Assembly: GCA_034670305.1 (NCBI GenBank)
Contig: JAXMNT010000003.1
Coordinates: 160,001-224,000 of the forward strand
Source of the DNA: Deltaproteobacteria bacterium
Lineage (GTDB): Bacteria; Myxococcota_A; Polyangia; Polyangiales; Houyiibacteriaceae
Reading direction: 5' to 3'
DNA: 64,000 nt
Within the stretch, counting starts at the first letter, position 1; each line of letters begins with the position of its first letter. Below, one piece after another: positions 43,701 to 52,588 of this stretch. The notes below the pieces were generated by a model. It was given only the letters and a program-made list of their open reading frames with translations, searched no databases and was not told the DNA's origin. The position numbers and the translations under genes are program-made.

Positions 43701-46700
43701 ACTCAGCGGCGAGTGTGTCTACCGCAGCGGCGGCAGCCCGGTGGTTTCGACCGTCGTGCGCAGCGTTACCACCACCGACCAGTTCGATCGCCTCGGCCGC
43801 GAAGAGAACATCAGCACGACGCAGTTCGCGTACCACGACGGCTACTACGAAGGCATCGAGCAGGAGTTCCGCGGCTTCGGGACCGCGGACGCCGTTGCAG
43901 TGGGCGACATGAGCCACCCGACCGCTGTCTCGCGCACCTGGTTCCATCAAGGCCGCCGCCCGACTTCCATCGCCACGGACCGCCTCGCCGAGAACCCGTA
44001 CGAGTCGCTCAAAGGCCGCCAGTGGTTCTCGGAGACGTTCGACGAAGAAGGCACCTTCCTCTCGAGCGCCCACGCCACCGTCACCGTGCGCCGCCTGATG
44101 ACCGGACTCGACGGCCGCGACATCGCCTACGCGTACGTCAGCCAGTCCGACGAGCTCCGCTACTCGACGGACTTCGCCAGCGCCCCCGGCACAGATCTCA
44201 GCGTCGACTGGCTCGTCACCGAGCACGTGGACGACACCGGCGCGCTCGTGGCCGACGAGACCTACCCCGGAAGCCTCCCGCTACGGAACAGCAGCTACGC
44301 CCACGTTCGGAGCCGCACGCCAGAGGTCGACAACCTCGGCCAGGTCCTCACACAGGTTTCCGACGGCCGCATCACCGACACCGAGGGCTACACCCCGTCC
44401 GGCGGTTTCGACGAAGCCATCGAAAGCTACGCGGTGCCCGTGCTGGTCAACGGGAGCGCTTGGATCTGGCGCACCGCCGAGACGTGGGTCGACGGGCACG
44501 GCACCAGCGACCGGCTCGGATACGCCGTCAACACGTTCGATCCCGACACCGGCGATCTTTGGCACGCTGCCCAAGAGGCGAAGCTCCCATCTGGCGCAAG
44601 CTACGCATTCGCAGGAGACGCGGATGGGGCAGAAGCGTTCACGCTCGCTGGCGCCTACCCCACGAGCGGCGTGCAGACCCTCGAGGCGTCCACCGCCTAC
44701 GACGCCTGGGGCAACCCGACCGCCTCGTGCGCCGGCGCCGATCTCCACGGCTCGGGCGTCGGTGCCGACGACTGCCTCCGCTACGCAGAGGTCACCTACG
44801 ACGCTGCGTTCGCCCAGCTCCCCGTGACCGAAGCCATCGCCATCCACGAGGACGGCGCCGCGACCTACTGCGACGACACCGCGGAAGGCCTGTGCCTCGT
44901 CGAGACCACGGCGGCGTGGGATCGCGGGCTCGGCGTTCTGCTCTCCGCGACCGATCCCAACGCAGACACCACCACCGTGACGTACGACGGACTCGGTCGG
45001 CTGACCGCTGTCGAGCCACCGGACGCACCGAACGAGGACGCCTCCTGCGCGACCGACCGCCCATCGACCACCTTCCAGTACGAGCTCGTGAGCGAGGGCC
45101 TGCCGGTCAGCCGGGTGACGAGCACGCAGCTCTTCCAGTGCAACGTCCGCTACATGCAGAGCCGGTCCTACGTAGACGGGCTCGGTCGAGCGCGCGCTTC
45201 GCTCGCGTACACCGTCCGCAACACTGGCGGCCAGCGTCACTGGCAACAGTCTGGCATCGGCACCTTCAGCGCGCGCGGCACGCCCGTTCGTGGCTACAAC
45301 AGCCGCTACGTCGCCTCGAACGACCCACACCCCACCGACGCGGTGGGGCTCGACCCAAGCGTGCCGAGCACGCAAGCAACGTACGACGCGTTCGGGCGGG
45401 TCACCGAAGCGCACGAGCGCGATGGCTCGGAGAGCACCATGCAGTACGGCGCGCTCTGCAGCCGCAGCTGCGACCCGCTCGATCTTGGCGACACTGGCTC
45501 GGGCGACTCGGAGGCTCCACACGACGACACTGCGCTGGGCACCTGCGCGTGGGCATATGTGGATGGCCACGGTCGCGGGGTCGACCAAGTACTCCACAAC
45601 GCCATGCCCGATGGCATGTCCGTCGCCGACGAGTACTACCGGCTCTGGACGACCTACCGTGCAGACGGCTCGGTGCTCTCGGTCACCCGCGCGGAGACCG
45701 CGACGCTGTCGGTCGCCGACCGCACCGCCATCACCGGGAGCGACGGCGAGCTGCACTCCCTCACCCGCACGTTCGTGTACGACTCGCTTGGTCGGCGGAT
45801 CTCTGGCACCGACCCGGACAGCGACGGACGGAGCGGTGAGCGCTGGCGCTACCTTTACAGCCGGATCGGTGATCTCGTCGCCGTCCGCGATCCGCGCGAC
45901 TGCGGCGCCAACTTCTACTACGACCGCGCCGGCCGGTTGGTTGGCGAAGACTACGTCGGCTGCAGCGAGGCCCAGCACAGCTTCGAAGAGCCAGACCAGG
46001 ACACGCTCCCAGACAGTGGCGCCATCGCGCTCGAGCCGGTCTCGATGCCGACGCTTCGCCAAGTGGACGCCCGCTACCTCTTCGACGAAGCCCCCGACTT
46101 CGCGACCGGCGACATGGCCCCGCCCTCGGGCAGCAACTACGTCGGCCGCCTCAGTGGCACGAGCGACCGCGGTCAGCGAAGCGTGGTCGACTACGACGAC
46201 CGAGGCAGGCCAACCTGGTCCGCACGCCAGATGGTCCTGCTCCCAGACGCACCGACCATCCCCGCGACGTTGAGCGGTGACGACCCGGTCCTGTACGACG
46301 AGGGCGATCTCACCACGGTCCCGTTCCGCGAGTGGGACGAGGTCAACACGTACATCTCGACCACGCTCTACAACCGCGCCGACATGGTCTCGGACCGGTA
46401 CTACCCGACCGACCCCGATTGGAGCGGCGGTGGCTCGGCGCCCGTCGTACGCGGTGACATGCGCTACACCTTCCGCGGCATGCCGCAGGCCGGAGAGGTG
46501 TACATCGACTCGTTCTCGCAGGAGATCTTCGAGACCCACTACAACGAGCACAACCTCGCGTACCGCGTGTACCACGGGGAACAGACGGGTCTCTCCGGGC
46601 AGGTCATCAAGTACGTCTACTTCGACGAACGTTTGAGGCCCGACAGGCTCCGGCACGTCCGGACGGGCGCTGTACGCGCGGGGACCCTCCCCGAACTCTC

Positions 46701-48846
46701 CGCGTATGCCGAGGTGCTCGACCACCTCTACGGCTGGGACGCGGCCAACAACCTCGTGTCGGTTCACAACTCAGCCCCCAACGACGCCACGACCGAGCTC
46801 GAGATCAGAAAGTACGACATCTACCACGACGCCCTCTACCGGGTGAACATGGTCGAGTACGAGTACGCCGGACCGACGGGAGGCTGGAGCCCCGACGCCC
46901 CCATCTCCGATTGGCGCGACACCCAGGCCACCAACATCGGCGCCGACCCGATGCGGCGCCAGCCCGCGCCGATGCTCCCGCAGATGGCGTCGGACCGTGT
47001 CAAGACGCTCGAGTACCGCCACGACTGGCTCGCGAACCAAGTCAGCTGGATCGACGACACCCTGGGCAGCAACGGAGAAGGCACGTCGTTCTACGAGCGC
47101 AGCATCGGCCAAGAAGGCCAGCTGGTGAACGGCGCTGACGAGGACATCGACGCGCTCCGTCCGGCGGCACTCTACTTCTCCGCCCAGCTCCCAACCGCCG
47201 CGCCGAGCTTCGACGCTGGAATCGACCGAGGCGGCTGGGTCGACCTCGAGTACGGCGAGAGCGGCAACGTCGAAGAGATGACCGTCCGCGCCCAGTGCTA
47301 CGACGCAAGCGCGATGGACGTCTGCTACGACGACACCGCCCTCGCGCTGAGCAGCCGTACAGCCCACGCCATCGCCCACTGTCGCTGCGACCGAGAGCAG
47401 CACTACCAGTACCGCTGGGACGAACTCAACCGCTTGGCCGAAGCCCGCCGCTACGACCGCGAGGGCAGCGGCGTCTGGACCCTAGAGACGAGGCAGCGCT
47501 ACCGCTACGACGCTGGCAACGTACGTACCGTGAAGCTGACATCGTCAGGCGGCATCGACCGAGCCTCGCTGTACGTGTTGCCCGGTGACTTCGAGCGTCG
47601 CGGCGTCGCGGTGGACATCGACGCGATGAACGGCGATGCGTGGAGGGCGGTCGCGGGCGTGAACACCGAGACGCAGTACCTCGTCGCTGGGGCGCGTGTG
47701 GTGTGGAAGAAGGTTCCAGAGATGGATGCGGGCGGCGGAGAGAACTTCGAGACCGACGTCCGGATCACCGTGCCGCTCGCGGACCTATTGCAGTCGACCG
47801 TCGCAAGCATGGACCTTGTTTCAGGTGAGCTGCTTGAGGTCGGCACGTACTATCCGTCGGGCAACCGCGAGATGCTGGTCGCGCGGGACAGCTCGGTGGA
47901 CGGGCAGACGTTCCAGCTCGAGCCGATCGGGTTCACCGGGAAGGAAGGGGACGACGACGTAGGGGTCGTCTACTTCGGGGAGCGGTACCTGCTGCCGCAT
48001 CTCGGGCGGTGGGCGAGTGCGGACCCGTTGCAGGTGCATGCCGGTGGTGGCGGGGAGTTTGGGAACTCTTATCACTATGTGTCGGGGAACCTGCTGCAAG
48101 CTCGGGACCCGTTGGGTTTGCAAGACCCGGCTACGAACGCGGGTCGAGCCGCTGCTCAGGCCGGAGCAGCCGCCAACGCCGTTCACAGACAAGCCGCGCA
48201 GCAAATGGCGGAGCAAACGGCCCGGCGTGGGACTGAGCGCGCGCTCCAGCGGCAGGCTGTACAACGTGCGGCAGCGGCGGGAGGCTCGGGCGCTGGCTGG
48301 GGCGCGGCCCGGTTGTTGGGGGGGTGGCTATCCGTGCTCATCATGGTGTTGACTCCCACCAACACCACCGTCAAGGATGGAAGGACTCCATCCCAGTCCG
48401 AGGCATGCTTCCAGAACGCCGACGCCGGAGCGTGTACGCAACTAGCCAGGGACCGGCCCGAGGCGCGCGAACAGGCTGAAGCCCGTCGCGAGCTTCTGGA
48501 GCGACATGCTGGTGGTCCAGAAGACGACGAACCTGGAGCTACGGATGAGCCGGAGATCGACAGTGTGGACATGGAGGATATGATCGACCACATTATCGAA
48601 CACCACATTGATGACTTCATTGATCCGGATGAGTTGACTCCCGAGCAAATTCGAGAAGAGATCAAAGGCACAATTCTAGACATTCTTCGTGATAACGACG
48701 CTCGGGAAGCGGACCGGGGCCGGACTTGGTGGCGCGACAGCCAGCGAGAAATCGTGATTATTCATGACCCTAGCACTGGTGGGACTGGATTCAGACCAAC
48801 ACACGAAGGCACCGACGACTACAATGAAGACTATACACCAGACTGA
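40738..48846 (+). CDS. secreted SpvB/TcdB-midN/YD-Rhs polymorphic toxin (2702 aa)
   Basis: Signal peptide ending AKA-Q; SGTATFSVPIALPAGRAGVQPSLGLSY...GIGW (SpvB-like); DxNGDG repeats; EFRGFG; YD repeats; YFGERY...GRWASADPL...DPLG; variable C-terminus. Confidence 0.92.
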   Translation: MTANQTSAGRPHRRAHSHSHTRRRRNQAVAVLLSVTTFLSAGAPLAAKAQDHRDSRASTPSYNLPSSVETQRTGEEMLLGDDVEGRLEHEYIDPDATSFGPGGEPIPHEGLDPEAIARMEEAADLPDPADLPDGATAAALPTGEAKSAVTPSRISVPNAEGSIEGMGESFAPVLSSGTATFSVPIALPAGRAGVQPSLGLSYASTGGNSCVGIGWNLSTPMILRQSDRGLPRYNDRDQWHVEEDRFFYNGGQELVPVDNTAASIVDASHDGSGPRYQDTHFVPGEVSDWQQYRARVEGGFMRFFRSPESDRWIVQGKDGTRFDFGLVDTHPSDLDPENALQADPADPARIYAWRLTRMSDPHGSTVYYRYLQDAGEIYPEDIFYLSPNSCAGEPDSARTCTEPLANYGVRVHFDYETRADVTSRYTAGHRIETGLRLSRLVVTAADQAGTGRSLVRRYHLAYDPSSHHSLLASVQVEGRPADTQYVGTYFEHDVFSNVSEADALSSGAVGQMLPAMTFAYTEPPSLASGIPGFGSVDATVHAITNSPDVSFDAARADLFDVNTDGLPDLIVTDPARYRTAGGEPAVGVFFNGFSGTDASPAGVAGTFSAPIAVPMPSHLSGTLNLGSQNLLPMDVDGDGRSDLMHLPRRDRYGYFVVTRESEDVTGPVTSPADQGWRFTYAQVDTGGVDPRVDLVRDGARYRTWDVNGDHLIDISRTTGTVMQTWLNLGFVRDQETGEGAEGRFGRATANDDGTFAIDASPYETCLLHDGLPVDFSDPELRTADMNGDGLVDIVKIRRGHVVYWPGRGVTETGAPVFGDGPRHCARGEGDNRERVMATPPAELNVDLSGVMLADVNMDGATDVLQVRFRELDVWFNQSGEGFTERVTIDSPMAPDFAPRIRMADIDGSGTTDLVYGSSSRWEYLDLMGGQRPRLLREVHNGLGAVTTLGYGSSADDYVADLEEAATCSDCEPFTWSRVSGDCDSRLEELSGECVYRSGGSPVVSTVVRSVTTTDQFDRLGREENISTTQFAYHDGYYEGIEQEFRGFGTADAVAVGDMSHPTAVSRTWFHQGRRPTSIATDRLAENPYESLKGRQWFSETFDEEGTFLSSAHATVTVRRLMTGLDGRDIAYAYVSQSDELRYSTDFASAPGTDLSVDWLVTEHVDDTGALVADETYPGSLPLRNSSYAHVRSRTPEVDNLGQVLTQVSDGRITDTEGYTPSGGFDEAIESYAVPVLVNGSAWIWRTAETWVDGHGTSDRLGYAVNTFDPDTGDLWHAAQEAKLPSGASYAFAGDADGAEAFTLAGAYPTSGVQTLEASTAYDAWGNPTASCAGADLHGSGVGADDCLRYAEVTYDAAFAQLPVTEAIAIHEDGAATYCDDTAEGLCLVETTAAWDRGLGVLLSATDPNADTTTVTYDGLGRLTAVEPPDAPNEDASCATDRPSTTFQYELVSEGLPVSRVTSTQLFQCNVRYMQSRSYVDGLGRARASLAYTVRNTGGQRHWQQSGIGTFSARGTPVRGYNSRYVASNDPHPTDAVGLDPSVPSTQATYDAFGRVTEAHERDGSESTMQYGALCSRSCDPLDLGDTGSGDSEAPHDDTALGTCAWAYVDGHGRGVDQVLHNAMPDGMSVADEYYRLWTTYRADGSVLSVTRAETATLSVADRTAITGSDGELHSLTRTFVYDSLGRRISGTDPDSDGRSGERWRYLYSRIGDLVAVRDPRDCGANFYYDRAGRLVGEDYVGCSEAQHSFEEPDQDTLPDSGAIALEPVSMPTLRQVDARYLFDEAPDFATGDMAPPSGSNYVGRLSGTSDRGQRSVVDYDDRGRPTWSARQMVLLPDAPTIPATLSGDDPVLYDEGDLTTVPFREWDEVNTYISTTLYNRADMVSDRYYPTDPDWSGGGSAPVVRGDMRYTFRGMPQAGEVYIDSFSQEIFETHYNEHNLAYRVYHGEQTGLSGQVIKYVYFDERLRPDRLRHVRTGAVRAGTLPELSAYAEVLDHLYGWDAANNLVSVHNSAPNDATTELEIRKYDIYHDALYRVNMVEYEYAGPTGGWSPDAPISDWRDTQATNIGADPMRRQPAPMLPQMASDRVKTLEYRHDWLANQVSWIDDTLGSNGEGTSFYERSIGQEGQLVNGADEDIDALRPAALYFSAQLPTAAPSFDAGIDRGGWVDLEYGESGNVEEMTVRAQCYDASAMDVCYDDTALALSSRTAHAIAHCRCDREQHYQYRWDELNRLAEARRYDREGSGVWTLETRQRYRYDAGNVRTVKLTSSGGIDRASLYVLPGDFERRGVAVDIDAMNGDAWRAVAGVNTETQYLVAGARVVWKKVPEMDAGGGENFETDVRITVPLADLLQSTVASMDLVSGELLEVGTYYPSGNREMLVARDSSVDGQTFQLEPIGFTGKEGDDDVGVVYFGERYLLPHLGRWASADPLQVHAGGGGEFGNSYHYVSGNLLQARDPLGLQDPATNAGRAAAQAGAAANAVHRQAAQQMAEQTARRGTERALQRQAVQRAAAAGGSGAGWGAARLLGGWLSVLIMVLTPTNTTVKDGRTPSQSEACFQNADAGACTQLARDRPEAREQAEARRELLERHAGGPEDDEPGATDEPEIDSVDMEDMIDHIIEHHIDDFIDPDELTPEQIREEIKGTILDILRDNDAREADRGRTWWRDSQREIVIIHDPSTGGTGFRPTHEGTDDYNEDYTPD

Positions 48847-49375
48847 TAAGGTGCCTGTGCTTCTGGGAGCCGCCGCTCTTGAAGGCGCAAGAGGTGGACC
48901 AACATTCTTGATTCGATACCGAGGAGATCTGGCGGTCAATCCACAGGATTGGATTCGAGCGTCGGGAGGGTCCGGTCCGCTAGAGGTGACCTTCAAGACA
49001 TATGGAACCGCGGAGTTTTTTGCGATTCCATGGGGTGAGAACTCGAGAATGGTTGTGCTGCACAGTAGCCGATTCTGCCAGTTCTCGATCTACTGGGATG
49101 TCCGCTTTGATGTGGGACTGCCCAAACTGCCATTTCCAAGGCACCCCGACCAGGAATGCCTCGTGGAAGATGCTGTACACCAGTCGGTCTTGGACTCCAT
49201 TCGACGACTTCGATCGGCCCAAGAGGGCTTGGCGATGGCGGTATGCGATGAAGGCTGGGGCACAATTCGGATTCCAGACAACCTCTCCGTCTACCTTCCC
49301 GCATCCATGGTACCTGAGGCGCGACGGGAATCGAGAGACTGGGTCGAAGGGTTCTACGTTTTTGATCCCTCGTGA
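48824..49375 (+). CDS. cognate immunity protein candidate for toxin tip 1
   Basis: Lower-GC ORF overlapping the toxin stop; no signal peptide or TM visible. Confidence 0.72.
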   Translation: MKTIHQTDKVPVLLGAAALEGARGGPTFLIRYRGDLAVNPQDWIRASGGSGPLEVTFKTYGTAEFFAIPWGENSRMVVLHSSRFCQFSIYWDVRFDVGLPKLPFPRHPDQECLVEDAVHQSVLDSIRRLRSAQEGLAMAVCDEGWGTIRIPDNLSVYLPASMVPEARRESRDWVEGFYVFDPS

Positions 49376-49494
49376 CTAGAGATCCTCACCCGCAACCCCG
49401 GCGGTTACACCCGTCCTGGATCACGATCGAGTGGGGTATGACTGGTCACCTCTCGCAAGATCTCAAGGAGCGTATCGTCCGCCGCAGCCGCGCT
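49376..49494 (+). mobile_element. IS630-family 5' remnant
   Basis: Begins at a TA (cTAga); ATG 49438 encodes MTGHLSQDLKERIV, like the IS630 SxDLRERV N-terminus; cut by an element-end motif. Confidence 0.5.
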
Positions 49495-49660
49495 GCGCTG
49501 ATCCGTCCCAGGTGCTCCATCGTCGCAGCAGATCCGTCCCAGGTGCTCGCACTCAGGTTGGTCTCCTAAGGACCATTTTCACTGGTCGTCTGCAGCAGAT
49601 CCTGGTCGTCTGCAGCAGATCCGTCCCAGGTGCCAGGCTCCGGCAGATCCGTCCCAGGTG
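49495..49660. repeat. cluster of four gatccgtcccaggtg element-end motifs
   Basis: Copies at about 49500, 49531, 49618 and 49646, with a short internal duplication ctggtcgtctgcagcagatcc. Confidence 0.88.
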
Positions 49661-50391
49661 TTGGCGGCCGATTTGACGTCGTAGTGCGCGACCGTTTTGG
49701 CGTCGTAGGTTCTTGGGCGGATGGCCGGATTGCGGTCGTATCTGTGGGCCGTTTCCGTCGTAGCGACGGGGCGGTCTACGACCGGCGCGGCCGCTCGACG
49801 GCCTGATCTCGCTCGCCGCTTGCGATGACAGTGCGGTCGCGATCTCCGGACGCGTCTGCGCCCCGCGCGGCGTTGGCGGCGCGGGGCGCGGACGCGCGGA
49901 GCGCTGTCTCAGAAGATGGTTTCGCGGGTCCAGTGGGGCTGGAGTAGGACGCGGTTGACGTGCTTGAGGTCGACGGTGCGGGTGCTGCCGCGGACGGCTT
50001 CGAGCAGGGTTGCGACGCAGAGGTTGCGTGCGTGTCGGAGGATGCCTTCGCTTGAGCGGACGACGAGCGCGAGCGCGTCGGGGGTGAAGACGTTGTGCGC
50101 GAGGGCGACGCGATCGAGCTCCCGGAGGATGAAGGCTTCCATGTCGTCGGGCGCGAGCTTTCGGACGAGGACGGAGTAGGTGACGCGGCTTCGGATGTCG
50201 TCGTTGATGGTCAGCGAGAGCCGGTGCAGGAGCGACGGCTGCGCGACGAGGACGAGGTTGTGGTTCTTGGGGAAGTCCTCGAAGAGGAGACGCAATCGAC
50301 GGAGCGAGTGCATGTCGAGCAGGTGCGCGTCGTCGATGATCGGGACGAGCATTTTGCCGAGGTGGTTGATGCTCGTAATGGATGCCTTCGA
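49659..50391 (-). mobile_element. remnant of a TGT-ended transposon carrying an ExeA/GspA-type AAA ATPase
   Basis: End begins tgttggcggccgatttgacgtcgtag with repeated cgtcgtag boxes; homologous end at 54825. Confidence 0.6.
49909..50391 (-). pseudogene. 5'-truncated ExeA/GspA-like AAA ATPase
   Basis: Walker B IIDDAHLL, LVLVAQPSL, SEGILRHARNLC; Walker A missing. Confidence 0.75.
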
Positions 50392-50844
50392 GATCAGTGC
50401 CAGGTGCGGCGATCTCTGTGCTTGAGGGTGTGGCCTTCGTCGGGTGGCGGACCGCCGGCGGTTGGGTGGCGGCCGCCACCCCATCCTCCACATTTTCTCC
50501 GACACTGCGGCTCGGCACGACCAGTTGTCCGGGGTGGGTGTTATGCGCTGACCCGCCGGACCAGTTTCCGAAAAGCGTTCCTCGCTCCGTGGCATCCGGG
50601 CGTGGACGAGGCCTGGCTGTACGCGCTCGGGCATGCGCAGCAGCAGACGGGCGTCTCACTCCACTGCGCGGCCAAGGTCATCAACCATCACCACATCGAC
50701 ATCACGGACAACGAGGAGAAGCGGCCCGAGTTTCTCCGCCTGTTTCACGGCGACCTGAGTTGCGCCCTCAACACGCTCCTCGGGCGAGAGCGGTACGACC
50801 AGCCGGGCCAGCTCCTCGACGATCGCCCGACGCACTGCATGCGG
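50392..50844 (+). pseudogene. diverged 5' half of the HUH transposase unit, opposite orientation
   Basis: Starts gatcagtgccaggtgc; encodes YALTRRTSFRKAFLAPWHPG...INHHHI...THCMR, then stops at the end of copy 2. Confidence 0.85.
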
Positions 50845-50849
50845 ACGCA

Positions 50850-52525
50850 GATCCGTCCCAGGTGCTCGCGCTCAGGTTGGTCTCCTATGGACCATTTCAC
50901 CCGTGGGCATGTTTCGAAGCAGGGAGAGCTGCTCTGCGCCGGTCACCTGCGGCCCCGAATGTCGTGAACGAGGACCCAGTTCTGCTCGGCCCGTGCTCGA
51001 TCTGGGACTGGGGACGCAACGATGCGCCGCGCGGGATTCACGCAGCGTGTTCGCAAACGCGGATGTGGTTACTGGGGTGGGTCGGAAGTCCGGGGTGGTC
51101 GGCCGGCAGGTTCGGTCGCGTCGCCTGACGCGCGTGGTCGACCGCGGCGGGCGTCTCGCATGACGACCACGCGGCGGGCTTCGCTTGGCTGATTCTTGTC
51201 GAAGCGATGTCGGACGACCGCTTCGGGTCGGTCGCTTGTCTCGAGCAGCTCCGCCGGGACCCGCGGGGGCTCCGACACGAACTCCATCGCTTCGGCTCGC
51301 ACGACAGCCGCGGCCTCGTCCCTGAACGCGGTGCCGACTTCGGCGAGTACGCGGGCGACTTGTTCGTCGTCGGCTGTGACGGGGTTGAGCCGGAGTTCGG
51401 CCTTCACCTCGTCGAGGGTGGGCTCGGGACCAGTGATGAGCAGGGCCGGATCGGCGGGCTCGACGTCGATCGGGAAGAGCTTCCGCATCTTGTACGTGCC
51501 GTACGGAAACGGGATCGGATCGCCCGCGCGGAGCGCTTTCACGCCAGCGCGGTGGGTGCGCCGAAACGTGGTGACCTCCGTCTTGGCTTGAATGTGCACG
51601 CGGCGTCCGTTGATCCCGGAAGCACCTTGCTTGTAGCTCGGCACGACTTCGCCGCCGGCCGTCCGCCGGGTGCGGGGCTCGCTGTACGGGTGGATGCGCT
51701 TGGTGCGTTGCACACCCATCACCGGCCACTTGCGGGCCGCGTTCAGAGCTCGGATCGCTTCTCTCTGCAGCCGGCGCATGTAGTAGATCAGCTGGTCGAG
51801 ATCGCCGTTGAACTTGCGGTACAACCGGGCGGGCGGATTGAACCACACGTTGACGTACTCGTCGCGCAGCCTCGGATCGAAGTAGAACTCTGGACGCCGC
51901 ACGCGGATGGGAAGCCCCTTCCACAACGAGAAGTCGAACACGAAGCCCGGCATGTCTTCGGGCCGCCTCACGAGACCAGCGGCCACGCATTGCACGGACT
52001 CGTAGACGAGGTGGGCGGCCTGCGCTTCGGCATCGAGCAGCCGCATGTGGTGCGTCGCGCGGTCGTCGAAGATCTGACCCGGCTGGTCGTACCGCTCCCG
52101 GCCGAGCAGCGTATTGAGCGCGCAACTCAGCTCGCCATGAAACAGCCGAAGGAACTCCGGCCGCTTCTCTTCGTTGTCGGTGAGATCGAGGTGGTGGTGG
52201 TTGATGACCTTGGTCGCGCAGTGGAGGGAGACCCCGGTCTGCTGTTGCGCATGCCCCAGCGCGTACAGCCACGCCTGGTCCACGCCCGGATGCCAAGGAG
52301 CCAGGAACGCCTTCCGAAAGTTCGTACGACGCGTCAGCGCATAGCTCGCACCGCGCACGACTGGCCGTGCATCAGACATGCTTCGCACAGAGCACACCCC
52401 ATGCCGTCTCCGTTTCTCGGACGTTTCAACAATGTCGGCTGGCGCCCGCCACCCAACCGCCAGCGGCCCGCCACCCCGAACGGCTGCGACCAAGGCAACA
52501 GACTTTCGAGCACCTGGGACTGATC
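50850..52525 (-). mobile_element. HUH (RAYT-like) transposase unit, copy 2, 1676 bp
   Basis: Inverted ends 50850-50868 and 52507-52525; right end repeated again at 52554-52572. Confidence 0.85.
51069..52379 (-). CDS. RAYT/TnpA-like HUH tyrosine transposase (436 aa), near-identical to 38147-39457
   Basis: Same motifs; only two visible amino-acid differences (F/L, I/L). Confidence 0.85.
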   Translation of the reverse strand: MSDARPVVRGASYALTRRTNFRKAFLAPWHPGVDQAWLYALGHAQQQTGVSLHCATKVINHHHLDLTDNEEKRPEFLRLFHGELSCALNTLLGRERYDQPGQIFDDRATHHMRLLDAEAQAAHLVYESVQCVAAGLVRRPEDMPGFVFDFSLWKGLPIRVRRPEFYFDPRLRDEYVNVWFNPPARLYRKFNGDLDQLIYYMRRLQREAIRALNAARKWPVMGVQRTKRIHPYSEPRTRRTAGGEVVPSYKQGASGINGRRVHIQAKTEVTTFRRTHRAGVKALRAGDPIPFPYGTYKMRKLFPIDVEPADPALLITGPEPTLDEVKAELRLNPVTADDEQVARVLAEVGTAFRDEAAAVVRAEAMEFVSEPPRVPAELLETSDRPEAVVRHRFDKNQPSEARRVVVMRDARRGRPRASGDATEPAGRPPRTSDPPQ

Positions 52526-52588
52526 AGCGCGACTAGATAAGGCAACAGACTTTCGAGCACCTGGGACTGATCAGCGCGACTCGCGCGG

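Noticed and set aside
49495-49660. CRISPR array
   Set aside because: Spacing is irregular, the intervening DNA is element-derived or duplicated rather than unique spacers, there are no cas genes, and the motif is the transposase end
39599-52570. Both truncated ORFs lie in frame with the TGA inside the element's right end
   Set aside because: Only two cases at one-in-three odds each; not significant
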